From Felis catus (taxonomy: Eukaryota), in assembly GCF_018350175.1 (NCBI RefSeq), contig NC_058368.1, positions 64,606,001 through 64,670,000 on the forward strand: a DNA stretch of 64,000 bases, read 5' to 3'. Made by a program: the position numbers and the translations under genes. A model generated the notes under the pieces. The model was not told the origin of the DNA. It searched no databases and was given only the letters and a program-made list of their open reading frames with translations. This document shows, piece after piece, positions 1-11,360 of this stretch. Position 1 is the first letter of the stretch. Every line of letters begins with the position of its first letter.

Positions 1-3000
1 ATGGGTATGGCAATGGAAAATTACCTGCCAGATAGCATGCTGAAAATTACTAGGAAGTCTTACTTCTGACTCAATCCTACAAAATGCAGCTTTATGTACG
101 GACATAGAATAAAATAGAGGGTTACTGGAATATCCTTGACATAGAAAGGAAAAGTTCCGGTGTGAGGACAGGATACATGCAGATGAGATGCACACCAACA
201 GATGTCCCTTTCCTAAGTGAAGAATAATATTGCTCAAAAGTAGTTACGTTAAGAAGCTCCAAGGTTGAAACAGCAAGAAAACTAAGTTGATAGAGGACAA
301 CATAATAGGAATCTTTCTTACAGTATAGAACTCCCAATAACAAGTGTTATTGGTGATAGCACATATTTTTTAGCAAAACGGTTTGTGCTGATGAATAATC
401 TTAGAAAAAAGAAACATGAAAACTGTGAAAAATCATTTTGTTAGGGTTTTTTGTTTGTTTTTCTTTCTTTTTTTTTTCCTGATCAGTAAACAAATAATTC
501 TTCTAGGGGGATAAATAGAATCAGTTGACAGGAAATATTAGAACTATTTGCATAAATGATATTGAATATCTAGTCAAGGTAGTAGCATGTAAAGAGATTA
601 AGACACATGAAGAGGACAGTGTATTTTTAAAAAAACTCCAGGAAGTGCATTAATCTCTAACTCTTGGAGGTAGGAGTCAGATCATAATTCACTATGAAAG
701 TGTATCAAATCCTGGAACCAATATTAAAGTAAAAAAAAAAGTTATATCATTTTCATATAATGTCTTATATGTACATTAATACCCCAGTTAACTCACTCAG
801 GAGAAGATATTCTGGTTTGGTTATGTAAATCTTCTTGTTGCATAATGATCCTGGCCAGCCTATTCCTTTGCTGGGAATAGAGCCCCAGGGTTACCTCTAC
901 TTTTATCTGTATGCAACCATGAATCAAAAATCATCAATCTAGGGTTTCTGGTTTTGGATAAGATGCAATAATCTGTGAAACCTGAACAATACTGATGGAG
1001 CAGTTCTTTGAGGACTCTAAACAGAAAATGGTGGCAAGTAGATTGGAGAAGAGGACCATAATCCAAAGCACCACAGAACTGGTAATATTTATCTTTTCTT
1101 TTATCCTTCAGTATCCCATGGCCTACATTCACAACAGACTGCAACATGGAAGTAGGCATCAGCACAGACTTAGAGAACACCCAGGGAAGCCCTCTAGTTT
1201 AGGCTTGAGGAGGAGGAAAATGGTTTTCTAATAGCAACAGCAGCATCAAAGGCCTGTCTGCAGCCACGTAAACTCTGATTGGCTAACTTCCTCTTGGATT
1301 GAAGTAGCTGTAGCCATGAGGGTGAGGCCAACTACATTTCTTTTTTCTCTCTCTCTCCTCCCAGCAAATGCCATGACATGGATGAAACTCATAGAGCTCC
1401 AGAGTTGGATAAATAAATCCCCACCTCTCTGTCTAGGGGAAAAAAAAAGGGATCGTGAGGGATTGGAAAGTACTGGGAAGATCCCAGAGAGGGAGCAGCT
1501 CTGGAAAGCTGACACATACTTTCTTTTAATGAACACCTGGGGTCTCTACAGATGAATGGATCTACTGCTGAAGTACACACTGAAGATGTTGAGAATTGAA
1601 TTTAATTAAAGACAACTGACTAGTTTCCAGACTCATAATGGAGTAGGGCACATGCAAGACAGATTTGAATAGCATTGTCAAGACTGAAAATGGAATTGGC
1701 TTTGAATTCACAAGTCACAGGAGACTGGTTAAATCTTGTGACCTGACCCTAATTGAGTTGACTTCCTGCTACAAAATTAAGCTATCTCTGTAAGATGTAT
1801 ACGTGATGTAGATTCCTAAAACTTAATATTCAAAATGTCCTGGATACAATTAAAATCTATCTAACAGGTAACAAGGAAAGTATCAACTCACATATGAATA
1901 TTCAGTCAAAAGATGCCAACACTTTGATGGCACAGTACTTAAGATTACTAGACAAACAACTTAGAAAGTTATTATAAAAGTATTCTAACAAAGGTGAACA
2001 TTCCTGAAAGAAATGGAAAGAGAAAATTTCAGCAAATAAGTAGAAATTATAAAGAAGAAACTAATAAAAATTTAGAATTGAAAAAATAATTGTATGGCTC
2101 AATGGCAGAATGGAAATGATGGAGGAGAGGGTCTGTAAACTTCAACACAGATTGATGGAAAGTGCAAGATAAACAACAGAACAAAGATTTAAAAAAATGT
2201 TATAGGATCTTTGAAATAATTCCTAAAATCTGCTGTTCATCATCACTGTCCCAGAAAGAAAGGTAAAAAAGTGTGAAGGAGAAAAAAAATTTGAACTTCC
2301 CAAATATAGTGAAGGATATAAACATACAGATTCAAGAAGCTCAGCAAGACCCAAACAGATAAATTCAAAGAAATTCATTTCTAAACACAGTCAAATCAAA
2401 TGGCTGAAAACTAAAAATAAAATACCCCCCAATTCTTCAAAGCATTCAAGAAAAACAATGTTTGAGTGTCTGTATATTTGTCATCAGAAATCATGGAGAC
2501 TAGGAAAACTAGAAAGATACTTTTAAAGTGCCGAAATAAAAGAACCATTTTCCCAGAATTCTATATCAAGCAATAATAATCTCCAAGAATAAACATGAAA
2601 TAAAGCGTTCTCATATAAAGGGAAACTAAGAACTTTGTGATGTCAGAACTGCTCTAAAAGAACTGCTAAAGGTAAATTGTCAAATAAAAATGAAATAATA
2701 CCAGAAGGGTACCTGAAACATCAGAAATGGAGGTACAGCAATAGAAATGGCAAAATTTTGAGAAAATAGAGCACTGTTCTCTTGGTTCTTTAAAATACAT
2801 TAGACAGTTCAGAGCAAAAATTATGACATAGATGTTTTTAATGCATGCATCATTTAGGAAAACTATATAATAAAGGCGGGTATGGAAAACTATATACTAA
2901 TAAGGTTTCTACACTGTATTGTAGAAATGCAAAGAGTAAGGGAAGTATTTGAATTGTTATACCTACAGCAACCACACAAACTTTATAGTGAGATATTGTC

Positions 3001-3031
3001 TAAAGTACAATAGATAAATTCAAATAGATTT

Positions 3032-4249
3032 GACCTAAATGTAAGACAGAAAGCCATCAAAATCCTACAGGAGGAAACAGGGAACAATCTCTTTAACTGT
3101 GGCTGCAGCAACTTCTTACTAGACATGTCTCTAGAGACAAGAGAAGCAAAAGCAAAAATGAAATATTGAGACCTCATCAAGATAAAAACTTCTGCACAGT
3201 GAAGGAAACAGCAAAACTAAAAGGCAACCGATGGAATGGGAGAAGATATTTGCAAGTGACATATCAGATAAAGGGTTAGAATCCAAAATCTATAAAAAAA
3301 ACTTATCAAACTCAACACCCAAAAAACAATCCAGTGAAGAAATGGGCAAAAGATGTGAACAGACACTTTTCCAAAGAAGACATCCAGATGGTTAACAGAC
3401 ATGTGAAAAGATGGTCAAAATCACTCATCATCAGGGAAATGCGAATCAAAACCACAATGAGATACCACCTCACACCAGTCAGAATGTCTAAAATTAACAA
3501 CTTAGGCAAAAACAGATATTGGCAAGGATGAGGAGAAAGAGGAACCCTTTTGCAATGTGGGTGGGAATGCAAAATGGTGTAGCCACTCTGGAAAACAGTA
3601 TGGCATTCTGCAAAAAAATAAAAATAGAGCTACCCTACAATCCAGCAATTGCACTACTAGGTATTTATCTAAAGGATGCAAAAGTACTGATTCGAAGGGA
3701 CACATGTACCATAATATTTATAGCAGCACTATCCACAATAGCCCAAATTATGGAAAAGAGCCCAAATGTCCACCAACTGATAAATGGATAAAGAAGATGT
3801 GGGGTGTGTACACACACTCACACAAATATACACACACAATGGAATATTACTCAGTGATCAAAAAGAATGAAATCTTGCCATTATGTGGATGGACCTAGGG
3901 TGTATTATGCTAAGCAAAATAAGTCAGAGAAAGATAAATATCATATGATTTCACTTCTATGTGGAATTTAAGAAATAAAACAGATGAACATAGGGGATGG
4001 GAAGGAAAAATAGGATAGACACAGGGAGGGAGGCAAACCATTAGAGACTCTTAAATACAGAAAACTGAGAGTTACTGGAGGGGCATTGGGTGGGGGGATG
4101 GACTAGATGGGTGCTGGGAATTAAGGAGGATTTGTTGGGATAAGCACTGGGTGTTGTATGTAAGTGCCAAATCACTAAATTCTACTTCTGAAACCATTAT
4201 TACACTATATGTTAACTAATTGGAGCTAAAAAAAAAATAAAAAAGAAAA
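3032..4249 (+). mobile_element. 5'-truncated carnivore L1 (ORF2 C-terminus, 3' UTR, A tail) nested in the ancient L1
   Basis: ORF2 C-terminal peptide [18 protein letters not shown]...[12 protein letters not shown] (3334-3531); G-rich 3' UTR; A tail; 16-bp TSD aaattcaaataga(t/a)tt at 3016-3031 and 4250-4265. Confidence 0.93.
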
Positions 4250-4981
4250 AAATTCAAATAGAATTAAAAAAATGCTCAAATAAAACAAAAGGTGTGAGAA
4301 GAGGGGAAAAAAGATGAAAAATGGAACAATCAGAAAGCAAATAATAAAAATGGTAGACCTAGATCCTAGATCAGTTAGCACACTGAATACAAAAGGTTTA
4401 AACATGTTGATTAAATACAAAGATTATCAGGATGGATTTAAAAGCATGAAAGAAATATCTACAATACATGTGTTCACTTCAAATATAATTATATATGTAG
4501 ATTATATGTAAATGATGGAAACATAGATGCACACATAAATCAAAAGAAAACTAGGATAGTGATACCAAGTCTAATATAGACTTCAGAACAAGAAAAATTA
4601 CCACAGGTAAAGGGAAACATTACATAAGAAGATAAAACAACCCCAAATGTGTATGTACCTAACAACAGAGCTTCAAAATATATAAATCAAACACTGACAA
4701 AGATGACAAGATAGACAAATCCACAAATACAGACTTCAGGATTCCTTTCTCTATAATTGATGGAGCAAATACAGAAAAGGGACAAGAATATAGAAGAACT
4801 AAACTGCACTAATGCATTAATTGATTCTAATCACCCACCTACAGCAGTATATGCCTTCTTTCCATAGACATGGTACATACACAAAACTAGCTCATATCTG
4901 GATCATAAAGCAATCATCAACAAATAGAAACAAATTGAAATCATAGAGTATGATCTCTGATCATAATGCATGAAATTAAAA

Positions 4982-5193
4982 TTTTTTTTAACATTTATTC
5001 ATCTTTGAGAGACAGAGAGAGACAGAGCATGAGCGGGGAAGGGGCAGAGAGAAAGGGAGACACAGAATCGGAAGCAGGCTCCAGGCTCTGAGCTGTCAGC
5101 ATAGAGCCCGATGTGGGGCTTGAACTCACGAACTGCGAGATCATGACCTGAGCCAAGTCAGGCGCTCAACAAACTGAGCCACCCAGGTGCCCC
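4982..5193 (-). mobile_element. Carnivore SINE (SINEC)
   Basis: Reverse complement of tRNA-like head, CT tract and A tail; TSD ataatgcat(g/t)aaattaaaa. Confidence 0.95.
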
Positions 5194-5507
5194 AATAATG
5201 CATTAAATTAAAAATCTGTAACAAAGATAACAGATCAACAAATATTTAGAAATTCAATAATATAATTTAGCTTTCCAAGAGTTCTTCGGGGGAAATTAGT
5301 ATATATTTTGAACAGAGTGAAAGTAAAAATATAGCATGTTAAATAGAAACCATAAAATTAAATGCTTAAGACTTGACAAAGTTAAGAATCTTAAGAAACT
5401 AGGAAAAAGGAGAGCAACATAACCCTAGAGTGAGTAGAAGTTAGAGTATATGAAAGTTAAGAGCAAAAATCATCCAAAATGAAAATAGAAATAAAAGAAA
5501 GAAAATA

Positions 5508-5632
5508 GGAGCATGGGTGGCTCAGTCAGTTAAGTGTCTAACTTCGGCTCAGATCATGATCTCACAGGGATCATGAGTTAGATCCCTGTGTTGGGCTCCG
5601 TGTTGACAGCTCAGCCTGGAGGCTGCTTCTGA

Positions 5633-5675
<43 letters not shown>

Positions 5676-5751
5676 ACTCTCTCTCTCTGCCTCTTCCCTA
5701 CTTGTGCTCTCTCTCTCAAATATTTAAAAAAAACTAATAAAAAAATTTTAT
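5508..5751 (+). mobile_element. SINEC with internal (TG)n expansion
   Basis: SINEC head gggtggctcagtcagttaag; (TG)n at 5636-5674; TSD aaagaaaata. Confidence 0.92.
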
Positions 5752-5917
5752 AAAGAAAATATATAAAAACAAAAGCTGTTTTTTAAAAAGGTTAAAAAAA
5801 ACCAAAACCTGATACATTTCCAGTAAGATTAGCAAGGACAGAAGACCAATTATCAGTATCAAGAATGACAGACAGGGTAGTACTAAAGATACCAGAGATA
5901 TTAAAAAGAATATGACA

Positions 5918-6137
5918 GGGGCGCCTGGGTGGTGCAGTCGGTTAAGCATCCGACTTCAGCCAGGTCTACGATCTCGTGGTCCGTGAGTTCGAGCCCCGCA
6001 TCGGGCTCTGGGCTGATGGCTCAGAGCCTGGAGCCTGTTTCCGATTCTGTGTCTCCCTCTCTCTCTGCCCCTCCCCCGTTCATGCTCTGTCTCTCTCTGT
6101 CCCAAAAATAAATAAACGTTGAAAAAAAAATTTAAAA
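5918..6137 (+). mobile_element. Young felid SINE (SINEC_Fc type)
   Basis: ggggcgcctgggtggtgcagtcggttaagc...gtcccaaaaataaataaacgttgaaaa; TSD aaaaagaatatg(a/g)ca. Confidence 0.97.
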
Positions 6138-6213
6138 AAAAAGAATATGGCAGCACCTCAAAAAATTCAACCTGCAAAATTTTGACAAATTGCACAGAAT
6201 ATTAATTCCTCAA

Positions 6214-6492
6214 GAGAGAGAGGCAGACCATAAGAGACTCTTAAAGACAGAGAACAAATTGAGGGTTGATAGAGGTAGGTGAGGGGGAGGGGAATGGCTA
6301 TATGGGTAATGGGTATTAAGGAGAGCACCGGTTGTAGGGAGCAATGGGTGGTCTATGTAAGTGATGAATCATTAAATTCTACTTCTGAATCCAATATTAC
6401 ACTACATGTTAACTGACCAGAGTTTAAATAAACTCTTGAAACAAAATTTAAAAAATAAAATTAAAAATTAAAAAAAAATTTTTTTAAGTATT
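6214..6492 (+). mobile_element. Short carnivore L1 3'-UTR insertion
   Basis: Similar to the 3' end at 4025-4230; TSD ttaattcctcaa at 6202-6213 and 6493-6504. Confidence 0.88.
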
Positions 6493-6758
6493 TTAATTCC
6501 TCAAAAGCAAAACTTAGTAATACATACCAAAACATAAATTAAGGGACTAGCATAGTCATATTACTATTGAATTTGCAGTTAAATATCTTTCTGAAAATGA
6601 AATCCTCCTGGCCCAGACTGGTTTTGGCAAATTTTAGGAAATATTTAAAGGAGAGTTATTTTTACTTAAAATGCACTGGACATGCATAATAATTGGAAAG
6701 GAAGAAATGAAATTTCCCGTATACACACAAGACTTGTTCTATATAGAAAACCTTAAGG

Positions 6759-6979
6759 GGAGCACCTGGGTTGCTCAGTTGGTTAAATGTCCAACTATTG
6801 GTTTCGGCTCAGGTCGTGATCTCACAGTTTCACGGGTTCGAGCCCCACGTTGGGCTCTGCTCTGGCACTGCAGAGCCTGCTTGGGATTCTCTCTCTCCCC
6901 CTCTGTCTCTGCTCCTTCCCAACTTGCACTGTGTCTGCCTCTCTCAAAATAATAAACTTAGAAGAAATTTTTTTAAAAA
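6759..6979 (+). mobile_element. SINEC
   Basis: Head, CT tract and tail; degenerate TSD agaaaacc..aagg. Confidence 0.93.
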
Positions 6980-7220
6980 AGAAAACCCTAAAGGATCTCC
7001 AAAAACACCTCCCATAACTACTTAGAGATTTTAGCAAGGTTGTAGGATACAAACTCACACATAATGTATTGCATTTCTATACAGTAGCAATGAACAATTA
7101 GAAACCATGCAATAGCTTGGAAAATGAAATATTTAGTTATAAATACAATAGATATAAAAACTGAATGCTGAGAAATATAAAACACTGACAACTCAAAAAA
7201 GATCTAAATAAATAAAGATT

Positions 7221-7410
7221 CAGGCAGCTGGGTAGCTCAGTTGGTTAAGCATCTGACTTTTACTAGGTTGTGATTTCATGGTTCAAGAGCTCAAGTACAC
7301 ATTGGGCTTTCTGCTGTCAGTGTGGAACCTGCTTCAGATCCTCTGTCCGCCTGTCTCTCTGCCCCTCCTCCACTCATTCTTGCTTGCTCTCCCAAAAAAT
7401 AAACTTAAAA
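7221..7410 (+). mobile_element. SINEC (older)
   Basis: gggtagctcagttggttaagcatctgac... through A tail. Confidence 0.9.
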
Positions 7411-9486
7411 AAATGAAGACAAAATATGTTCATGTATTTGAATATTCAACATAGTAATGATATCACTTCAACCCAATATGACCTATAGATTTAATGTAAA
7501 TCAATAGAAATCTCAACAGTTTATTTTCTTGTTTGCTCATACAGACAATTGATTCTAAAATGTATCTAGGAAGGAGAAAGATCCATGAATAACAAAAATA
7601 GTTTTGAAAAAGAACAAAGAGATTTTTACTTTCTTACTTCAAAAGCTACTATAAAGCTACAGTAATCAAGACAGTAGAGTATTGGCAAAGGAATGGTCTG
7701 TCAGATAAATAGAACAAAAAAGTCCACCTGTACAAATATGGCTAATGTTTTGACAAAGATGCAAAGGCAATTCCATGGAGAAAGGAAAAGCTTTTCAACA
7801 AATGATTTTGGAATACTTGGGCATCCATATTCAAAGAAAAGGTAATGCTTGTGAACTTTATGCCATATATAAAAATTAGCTCAAGATTGATTATAGATCT
7901 ACATGCAAAACACAAAACTGTAACACTTTTAGAAAAATCATAAAAGGAAATCTTCATGACCTATGGTTGGACTTAGATTTTACACCTAAGGAAGTCCATA
8001 AAAGAAAAAAAAAAGATAAACATCAGCAAAGTCAGAAACCTTGCTCTTTTAAAGACATTTTTAAGAGAATGAAAAGACAGGCCAAAGAAAGATCAAAAAT
8101 ATTTTCAAAACACATATCTGACAAAGAATTTGTCTCCAGAATATAAACATGTTTCAAAATGCAATAGTAAAAATCAAGTATAAAGGGCAAAAGACTTGCA
8201 CAGATATTTTACCAAAGAAGACTTAGGGAAATCAAACATATGAAAAAATGTGAAAATCAAAACCATTAGGAAAATGTAAATTAAAACCATAAACTATTGT
8301 TACACATCTATTAGAATAAATACAATTAAACTAAATAAACTCTAATAATACCTAGTGCTGATGAGGATATAGAGTAACAGAAATTCTTCATATATTGCCC
8401 AAGAGGATGCAAAATGGTACATCAATTTTACAAGATAATTTTGTAGGTTTTGTTAAGTTTAACATCGGCTTATATATGACTCAGAATCCAACTCGTTGGT
8501 ATTTACCATAGAAAAATAAAAATTTATGTTCACACAAATATCTATACAAGAATGTTTATGACAGCTCTATTCATGATTGCTAGGCCTGTCAACACCCCAA
8601 ATATCCTTCAGTGGTTGAATGTGTAAGCAAACTATGGTATATCCATAATATAGAATACCACCAGGCAATTAAAAGGAACATATTTTGTGTATACACACAT
8701 CTTGGATGATCTCAGAGGCCTTATGCTGAGTGAATGGAGCCAGTATCAAAAAGTACAAATTCCATGTTCCCTTGTATATTATATTCTCTAAAAAGAGAAA
8801 ACTTTAGTTATGGAACAGGGATCAGTGGTTGCCACAGTGTAAGGGTGGAAAATGGTGGGCTAAAATGTGAGAGATTTGGTGGGTGGTGATGTAATTCTTC
8901 TGTGTTCTTTTCTCTGTTGGTGGCTATGTGAATATATGCATGGAAGAAAATTCAGATGGGTGTAGACCACAAGTAAAGGTCACTTTTACCGTATGTTACT
9001 TTAAAAATACAATTTTAAATACCAGACCTTGTTTGTAGTGGCAAAACACATGGAAGAAAAGCTGCACAAAATGCAAAGTGAAGGTTGTTTCTGATGACTT
9101 AAAGAAAAATAGAATCATTGTAGACATACACGCATTTTCCAAAAAAAAATCATGCAAAGAAATAAAAAGCTCTAAGGAACAATATGATACTGTTTTTACT
9201 TCAGAAATGAAAGTTCCAAAATAAAATTTTGATTAGAAATCAATTGAGGCCAGTTTAGAGTTAAAAACATGACTACATTAAATATATATTTTAAAGAAGT
9301 TATTTATGACAAAATGATACACAGAAAATTCTAGATCTTTTTCAAGGCATTCTTTCCCCTATATAAATTCTCGAAGGTGAGCAAGATACAGTTTCAATAT
9401 GACTCTGTTAACCTAACCCACCATCTACAACTCCTTTTTGGTGGTTCTAAGTAAACTTAGGAATATGCAGTTCCAAATATCCCCCT

Positions 9487-9490
<4 letters not shown>

Positions 9491-9547
<57 letters not shown>
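9491..9547. repeat. (TG)n microsatellite
   Basis: Uninterrupted TG run. Confidence 0.99.
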
Positions 9548-9548
<1 letters not shown>

Positions 9549-9593
9549 TTCAAATATGTCATGTCCCTGTAGGGAACTTAGAGATCACTTCTT

Positions 9594-9733
9594 GGGGCAA
9601 CTGAGTGGCTCAGTCGGTTAAGTGTCCAAATGTTGATTTTTGGCTCAGGTCATGATCTCAGTTTGTGAGTTCAAGCCCCATGTCAGGCTCTGAGCTATCA
9701 GTGCAGATTCTCCTTCTCCCTCTCTGTCTGCCT

Positions 9734-9791
<58 letters not shown>

Positions 9792-9823
9792 ATAAATAAA
9801 CTTTAAAGAAAAGAAGAAAATAA
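9594..9823 (+). mobile_element. SINEC with long (CT)n
   Basis: TSD atcacttctt at 9584-9593 and 9824-9833. Confidence 0.95.
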
Positions 9824-10059
9824 ATCACTTCTTTGTTTCCATGCTCCTGATTGATTCATTCAGAAACTTCTACCTTTGGTTCGTACTTATATTCACAGCT
9901 TCAAGAAACTGTTTCCTCACTTTATCCCTATAGCTGGGTCAGGATTGATTAAAATTTCTAGAATGAGGAGAATCTCATTTAAGTCCTAGAATTGCTCACG
10001 TGTAGATCATTTTGTTAAAAGCTTTCTGACCTTGTCTCTGCCCCTGTCTGCAGTTTGGT

Positions 10060-10512
10060 TTCTTCTCACTTCCTTGGCCACCTCCAGTATACAATTCTCT
10101 AAACCCAATAGGCGTTTTCATGTCTTCGTGTTTTACACATGCTGCCTCCTCTGTTTAGAGAACTCTTGCCTCATTATTCACCCTAATAACTCCTGCCCTT
10201 ACTTCTAAAAGTTGTTCAGGAATTAACTTGCTTTGGTCGTTTTGCACTAATTATTCTCTACTCTTCACAAGGTGGATTGACTACCTCGTCAATCGCGTCA
10301 TTCGTAATTGTCTTCGCGGTTCACTGAGTTTGCTTCTGTTTTATTACTTATACAGTATATTTTAATTTGGCCTCTTTACCAAACTAAATGGTACCATGAA
10401 GAGATTTCCTCTCATCAAGTTATCTATTTTTTTTCTGTTTTGCCAGCAATATTGTTACAGAAATTCAACGAATGTTTGGATAAGTGTATAAATGAATGCA
10501 TGAATGAATGAA
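10060..10512 (+). mobile_element. LINE-2 3' end remnant
   Basis: Ends in the L2-type tail aaatgaatgcatgaatgaatgaa; upstream pyrimidine-rich L2-like sequence. Confidence 0.6.
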
Positions 10513-10974
10513 TTCAGTGTTTCTTGGCTTCAGTCCTGTCATTCTAAAATAACTACAAAATATTCTCTATAAAACAGTTTGTTCATTCTATAGCATGTAA
10601 AGTATTTGAAAATGTGTTATTTACAAAATCTGGCAGAAGAGATGAAATCCTTTCTCACATAAGAGTGTACAATTGTTTTCATTACCAGTTCAGACAACAC
10701 TGAATAAACTCACACCCACTCTACCAATAGCATCTCTGCTGTGATATTCATGGAATTTCTAAAAGCAAAGTTATTTACAAGTTATACCATTGAGAATTGA
10801 AAATGTTGTAATGTACATTATTTTGAAAGAAAAAAATGCTTAGTTACCTTTATTTAGCTTTGCAGGTTCATAGAAATAAAACACACCATAAGCAAGCAAA
10901 AACAATAACCAAGTGAAAGAAAACCTTAAACTTTTGATGGTTTACTCTAAGATTTTAATTTTCCTATCTTTAAT

Positions 10975-11110
10975 CTTCATAATAAGTTGAAGTGGGTAAT
11001 ATCCTTTCTCGTATGAGGAAACACAGGTACACAGAGATTAAGTAACTCGCCCAAAGACACACAGTAAATAGAGAAGATAGAGTCAGAAGTATGAATCTGA
11101 AGTTTAAGTT
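10975..11110 (-). mobile_element. MIR remnant
   Basis: atgaggaaac...cagagattaagtaactcgcccaaagacacacag, the reverse complement of the MIR core. Confidence 0.7.
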
Positions 11111-11299
11111 CTTAAAAACTTGGCCAAATAGGTGATGAATTTTGTCTTAAAGTTTTATAACTTTGCAGATAATTAGCATTTTAAGGGGGCCAACTCAAAA
11201 GACATTCTACGGAAAGGCAATAAAGTAGCCAAGCCCTAGAAATGAAACAATTTCAGAAAGAAATGTGAATGAAAGTGGTGAAGACTTGGCTCTAATGCA

Positions 11300-11360
11300 G
11301 GTCACGTGAAAACTAGAAAAGTAAGATGGAATTAGAAAAGAGAGCCTTGGAAGGGTAAGT
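11300..11360 (+). promoter_or_regulatory. Candidate USF-type E-box followed by a Kozak ATG and a consensus 5' splice donor
   Basis: GGTCACGTGA 11300-11309; aagATGG with ATG at 11326; GG|GTAAGT with GT at 11355; CpGs retained nearby. Motif-level evidence only. Confidence 0.2.

Larger units (their letters stand above)
940..9015 (+). mobile_element. Ancient, near full-length, heavily decayed LINE-1 (L1M type), interrupted by 2 younger L1 3' pieces and 5 SINEs
   Basis: Colinear remnants: 5'-end-like gggtttctggttttggataagatg (~941); ORF1 remnants ~1900-2700 (caagaagctcagcaagacccaaacaga...); ORF2 remnants ~4350-8700 (ctactataaagctacagtaatcaagacagtag; aaagatgcaaaggcaattccatggagaaagg); L1M-type 3' UTR ~8700-9015. 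No long ORF survives. Confidence 0.8.

Noticed and set aside
5918..6010. tRNA-like A/B-box sequences
   Set aside because: They are the tRNA-derived heads of SINEC elements, not tRNA genes.
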